Translations under genes and position numbers: made by a program | Origin: an uncultured Prevotella sp. | GTDB taxonomy: Bacteria > Bacteroidota > Bacteroidia > Bacteroidales > Bacteroidaceae | DNA length: 64,000 bases | Assembly (NCBI GenBank): GCA_946535705.1 | Contig: CAMNDT010000005.1 | Span: 6,616 to 70,615, forward strand | Direction: 5' to 3' | In this document: positions 60,552-64,000 of the stretch, piece by piece | How the letters are laid out: each line of letters starts with the position of its first letter | Numbering within the stretch: position 1 is the first letter of the stretch | The notes under the pieces: model-generated | Told to the model about the DNA's origin: nothing | The model's input: the letters and a program-made list of their open reading frames with translations, nothing else | The model's database searches: none

Positions 60552-62027
60552 ATGAAACAAACAAAAATAGTTGCATCTATCAGCGACCGTCGTTGTGATC
60601 AGGATTTTATTCGTAAACTATTCTTTGCGGGTATGAATGTTGTGCGTATCAACACAGCACATGCCACTCCAGATGGTATTCGAGAGATAGTAAATAACGT
60701 AAGAGCAGTATCTCCACACATTGGTATTATGATTGATACCAAGGGACCAGAAATCAGAACAACAAACACTCCTGAGCCAATAGAGTATAAAATAGGCGAA
60801 AAGGTAAAAATATATGGTTGTCCTGACAAGGAAACATCTCACGACACTATCAATGTTAGCTATCCATACATCTGCAAGGACGTTCACGTAAACGATCACA
60901 TGCTCTTTGATGATGGTGAGCTCGACATGCTTGTTACCGAGAATACAGGCTCTGAACTTGTTGCTGAGGTTCAGAACATAGGTAAATTAGGTGCAAGAAA
61001 AAGTGTTAACATCCCAGGAGAGCACATCGATCTTCCTGCACTCACCGAGAAGGACAAAAAGAATATCCTTCTTGCCATCGAACTTGATATCGACTTCATC
61101 GCCCATAGTTTCGTACGTAATGCTGAAGATATCAAGGCTGTTCAGGATATTCTCGATGCTCACAACAGCGACATTAAGATTATCTCAAAGATAGAGAATC
61201 AGGAAGGTGTTGACAATATCGATGAGATTATCGACGCATGCTATGGTATCATGATTGCACGTGGTGACCTCGGTATTGAAGTTCCTATTGAGCGCATCCC
61301 TGGTATTCAGAGAAAGATTATCCGCAAGTGTGTTGTAAAAAAGAAACCTGTTATCGTTGCTACACAGATGCTACACACAATGATCAACAATCCTCGCCCT
61401 ACCCGTGCTGAGGTTACTGATATTGCTAATGCTATCTATTACCGCACAGATGCTCTTATGCTTAGTGGCGAAACCGCAAGTGGTAAATATCCTCTCGAAG
61501 CTGTTCAGACCATGGCTCGTATTGCCGAGCAGGCAGAAAAAGACAAACTTCGCGAAAACGATATTGAAGTACCAATGAGCGACTGCCCAGAGCAGCGTGA
61601 GTTTTTGGCACACGCAGCGTTCGACTCAACAGTTCGCTTGGGTGTAAAGGGTATCATCACCGATAGCGAAACAGGTATGACTGCACGCAATGTGGCTGCT
61701 TTCCGTGGTCCTGTTCCTGTGCTTGCAATCTGTTATAAAGAAAAAACCCAACGCTGGCTCAACCTCAGCTATGGTGTTATTCCAATCTATCAGAAAGAGC
61801 ACGTTTCATCACAGTATATGTTCTTTGCAGCTTTGCGTATGCTCCGCCAAAAAGGATATATTAAGGACGAGGATAAGATTGCATACCTCAGCGGTAGCTT
61901 TGGTGAAGGTGGTGGCACCACATTCCTTGAAATCAACAAGGTTGGTGAGGCTTTTGAACGTCACTATCAGTTCCACCTTCCAGGTGACTTTGAGCGCAGC
62001 GAGGCAAAACTTCGTGACAAGAAATAA
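60552..62027 (+). CDS. pyk: pyruvate kinase
   Basis: DTKGPEIR, KIEN, ARGDLG, ATQML, MLSGETA. Confidence 0.96.
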   Translation: MKQTKIVASISDRRCDQDFIRKLFFAGMNVVRINTAHATPDGIREIVNNVRAVSPHIGIMIDTKGPEIRTTNTPEPIEYKIGEKVKIYGCPDKETSHDTINVSYPYICKDVHVNDHMLFDDGELDMLVTENTGSELVAEVQNIGKLGARKSVNIPGEHIDLPALTEKDKKNILLAIELDIDFIAHSFVRNAEDIKAVQDILDAHNSDIKIISKIENQEGVDNIDEIIDACYGIMIARGDLGIEVPIERIPGIQRKIIRKCVVKKKPVIVATQMLHTMINNPRPTRAEVTDIANAIYYRTDALMLSGETASGKYPLEAVQTMARIAEQAEKDKLRENDIEVPMSDCPEQREFLAHAAFDSTVRLGVKGIITDSETGMTARNVAAFRGPVPVLAICYKEKTQRWLNLSYGVIPIYQKEHVSSQYMFFAALRMLRQKGYIKDEDKIAYLSGSFGEGGGTTFLEINKVGEAFERHYQFHLPGDFERSEAKLRDKK

Positions 62028-62062
62028 ATTGAAATAATAGTCTTTATAGACATATAATTATC

Positions 62063-62107
62063 AAATAGCCTTCAATCAAGTATTTATTGATTGAAGGCTA
62101 TTTTTTT
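62063..62107 (+). terminator. intrinsic terminator after pyk
   Basis: AAATAGCCTTCAATCAA...TTGATTGAAGGCTATTT plus T-run. Confidence 0.85.
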
Positions 62108-62236
62108 CATATTCAACACACGTAACTATTTGTAATTAAAAAGTCAGCAAACAACATGCTTGCTGACTCTATATTTCATCTATAATGCCTCTATATTTCG
62201 TCTATATTGACTTCACATCTACATTTGTAAGAAATA

Positions 62237-63364
62237 TTAAAAACGGAAATCAACCTCTACATCAAACACATTGTAGTTATGATCAGTAGCAAGACTGCGA
62301 TCATTAACACGAGCATACTCAACATTAATCTGGAAATTCTTGTGGAAAAGATAGTCAGCACCTATCTCATACTGAGTTTTGCTTGTTCCCCACTCTGCAC
62401 GTGGACGATACAAGTCGTAACGAGCCTTAACATGAACCTTGTTCTTAACAACTGGCGCAATGGCAAGAGCATAGAAACCATCAGCCTTGTTGCCTGCAGC
62501 ATCATTTACAGTACAATCAGTACTTGCTGCATCGTTGGTGTTGTTCATTGTCTTTGTAAAGGCATAACCTGTTGAGTGTATATACTCTGTGCGGAATGTC
62601 CAGTCGTTGGCCTTATACTCTCCTGAGAAAGCATAGCGATGCTGTGGAAGAGAACGCACACCTGTCTTCTCAACACCATTTTCATCCCAACTGCCTTTGC
62701 GAGCATAAGTACCTTCCCAACCGAAAGCGCCAATGCGCATACCAGCGATAGGCATTACCCATACACCACCGATAACGTCTTTTCTCTGATCAACATCAGC
62801 AACATTAATGCCCTGACCATTGAAAACACCTACCTGATAGTGGATAAGGTTGCGGCCATTACCATTTTTAAGGAAATCACCCTGAAGCTGAACACCTATA
62901 TCACGACCATTGCTTGAATGACCACCAGCACGATCGCTGAAACCTGCCAACTTAGTAACGTTCTGTGAATAGCCCATAAAGCCCTGGTCAATAGGGTGCA
63001 TAGGGTTCTCAAAGGTGAATGGACGCTTGAATTGACCAATCTTCACACGAAAAGCGTCATATTTCTGCCACTCAGCGAAGAGGTCAACAACACGTGGTGA
63101 AGAACCTAATGTTGAGGTGTTACCATTAAACTGAATCTGAGCCTTCCAATAGAAATCATCAAGAATGCGACCATCCAAAGAAAGACGAAGCATACGGAGG
63201 TTGAAATCATTCTTTTCTTTTCCCTCCTGATTACTTGCCTGATACTGAACCATACCGTATCCAGAAAGCTTTACATTATTAACCCAGGATTTTTTCTCCT
63301 GCGCATTGACACCCATGACTGTCATGGTCATCAACGCTGCCAAAAATATATTCTTCATAATCAA
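62237..63364 (-). CDS. porin (OprO/OprP-like family)
   Basis: Signal peptide, KIGQFKRPFTFEN, GVFNGQG, C-terminal Phe. Confidence 0.8.
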   Translation of the reverse strand: MIMKNIFLAALMTMTVMGVNAQEKKSWVNNVKLSGYGMVQYQASNQEGKEKNDFNLRMLRLSLDGRILDDFYWKAQIQFNGNTSTLGSSPRVVDLFAEWQKYDAFRVKIGQFKRPFTFENPMHPIDQGFMGYSQNVTKLAGFSDRAGGHSSNGRDIGVQLQGDFLKNGNGRNLIHYQVGVFNGQGINVADVDQRKDVIGGVWVMPIAGMRIGAFGWEGTYARKGSWDENGVEKTGVRSLPQHRYAFSGEYKANDWTFRTEYIHSTGYAFTKTMNNTNDAASTDCTVNDAAGNKADGFYALAIAPVVKNKVHVKARYDLYRPRAEWGTSKTQYEIGADYLFHKNFQINVEYARVNDRSLATDHNYNVFDVEVDFRF

Positions 63365-63452
63365 TTAAATGTTACAAAATAAAAAACTGCGGCAAATATA
63401 ATAAAAAATTATAAATGCCGCAGCATATTGTGTAAAAAAAAGTGCTTTTAAA

Positions 63453-64000
63453 TTAAAGTTGGTCACATTCTGCCAACCACAAATCACTGACAGCATCAGA
63501 AGGCATACGCCAGTCGCCTCGTGGTGACAGGCTCACACTACCCACCTTTGGACCGTCAGGCAAACAGCTACGTTTAAACTGCTGCATGAAGAAACGCCTA
63601 CAGAAAGTGCGAAGCCACTTCTTTATAGTTTCATCATCAAACTCTTCAAGAGTGAAAGCCTTTCGTGCCAACAGGAAAATCTTGCGTGGACGGAAACCAA
63701 ATCGCAAGAAATAATACAAGAAGAAGTCATGAAGGTCATAAGGGCCTACAAGGTCTTCTGTCTTCTGCTTTATACTTCCATCCTCCTCAGCCGGAATAAG
63801 CTCTGGCGAGATAGGAGTATCTATCACATCGTTCAATATTCTGCTTGTTTCCTCATCGCTTGCCGAAGCAACATAGCGCACAAGATATTTTATAAGCGTT
63901 TTTGGAATAGAACAGTTCACACCATACATCGACATGTGGTCACCATTATATGTAGCCCATCCCAGTGCAAGTTCACTAAGGTCGCCTGTTCCAATAACCA
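63453..64000 (-). CDS. nadE: glutamine-dependent NAD+ synthetase, C-terminal part (partial)
   Basis: [12 protein letters not shown] upstream of listed [44 protein letters not shown]. Confidence 0.93.
   Translation of the reverse strand, partial: VIGTGDLSELALGWATYNGDHMSMYGVNCSIPKTLIKYLVRYVASASDEETSRILNDVIDTPISPELIPAEEDGSIKQKTEDLVGPYDLHDFFLYYFLRFGFRPRKIFLLARKAFTLEEFDDETIKKWLRTFCRRFFMQQFKRSCLPDGPKVGSVSLSPRGDWRMPSDAVSDLWLAECDQL

Noticed and set aside
62167-62208. Two ~21-bp direct repeats (CTCTATATTTCRTCTATA) after the porin gene
   Set aside because: Only two copies and no clear inverted arm; probably a local duplication.

Overview
A ~40% GC Bacteroidales chromosome segment, most likely Prevotellaceae, judged from TAnnTTTG -7 promoter boxes, the atpD-atpC-X-atpB-E-F-H-A-G gene order and fused NfnAB. 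It is mostly housekeeping: hisB, rplU-rpmA, serS, fabD, rpsF-rpsR-rplI, valS, panCD, the ATP synthase operon, pfkA, pyk and a partial nadE. It also holds a probable extracellular nucleic-acid scavenging cluster (nucleoside permease, surface endonuclease, TonB-dependent transporter, OB-fold lipoprotein) interrupted by one IS3-family element. The strongest unexplained signal is non-coding. At least nine intergenic spacers, most starting right after a stop codon, carry cassettes built from 7-9-bp tandem repeats, usually with inverted arms. One cassette encloses a four-helix-bundle (23S-IVP/Avd-like) gene; the rest look like empty versions, two of them inside the ATP synthase operon. Other oddities: a second repeat family (~80-bp tandem units ending in a -7 promoter box), 11-bp-periodic inverted repeats around the IS, a Cu-type P1B-ATPase with no nucleotide-binding domain, an alpha-amylase fused to an AlaX tRNA-editing domain, a carboxyltransferase operon with an anchorless mini-delta subunit and no Na+-pump beta subunit, a LytTR deletion scar and a candidate sRNA. 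No CRISPR array, tRNA or rRNA was seen. All family assignments come from motif recognition by eye; no searches were run.
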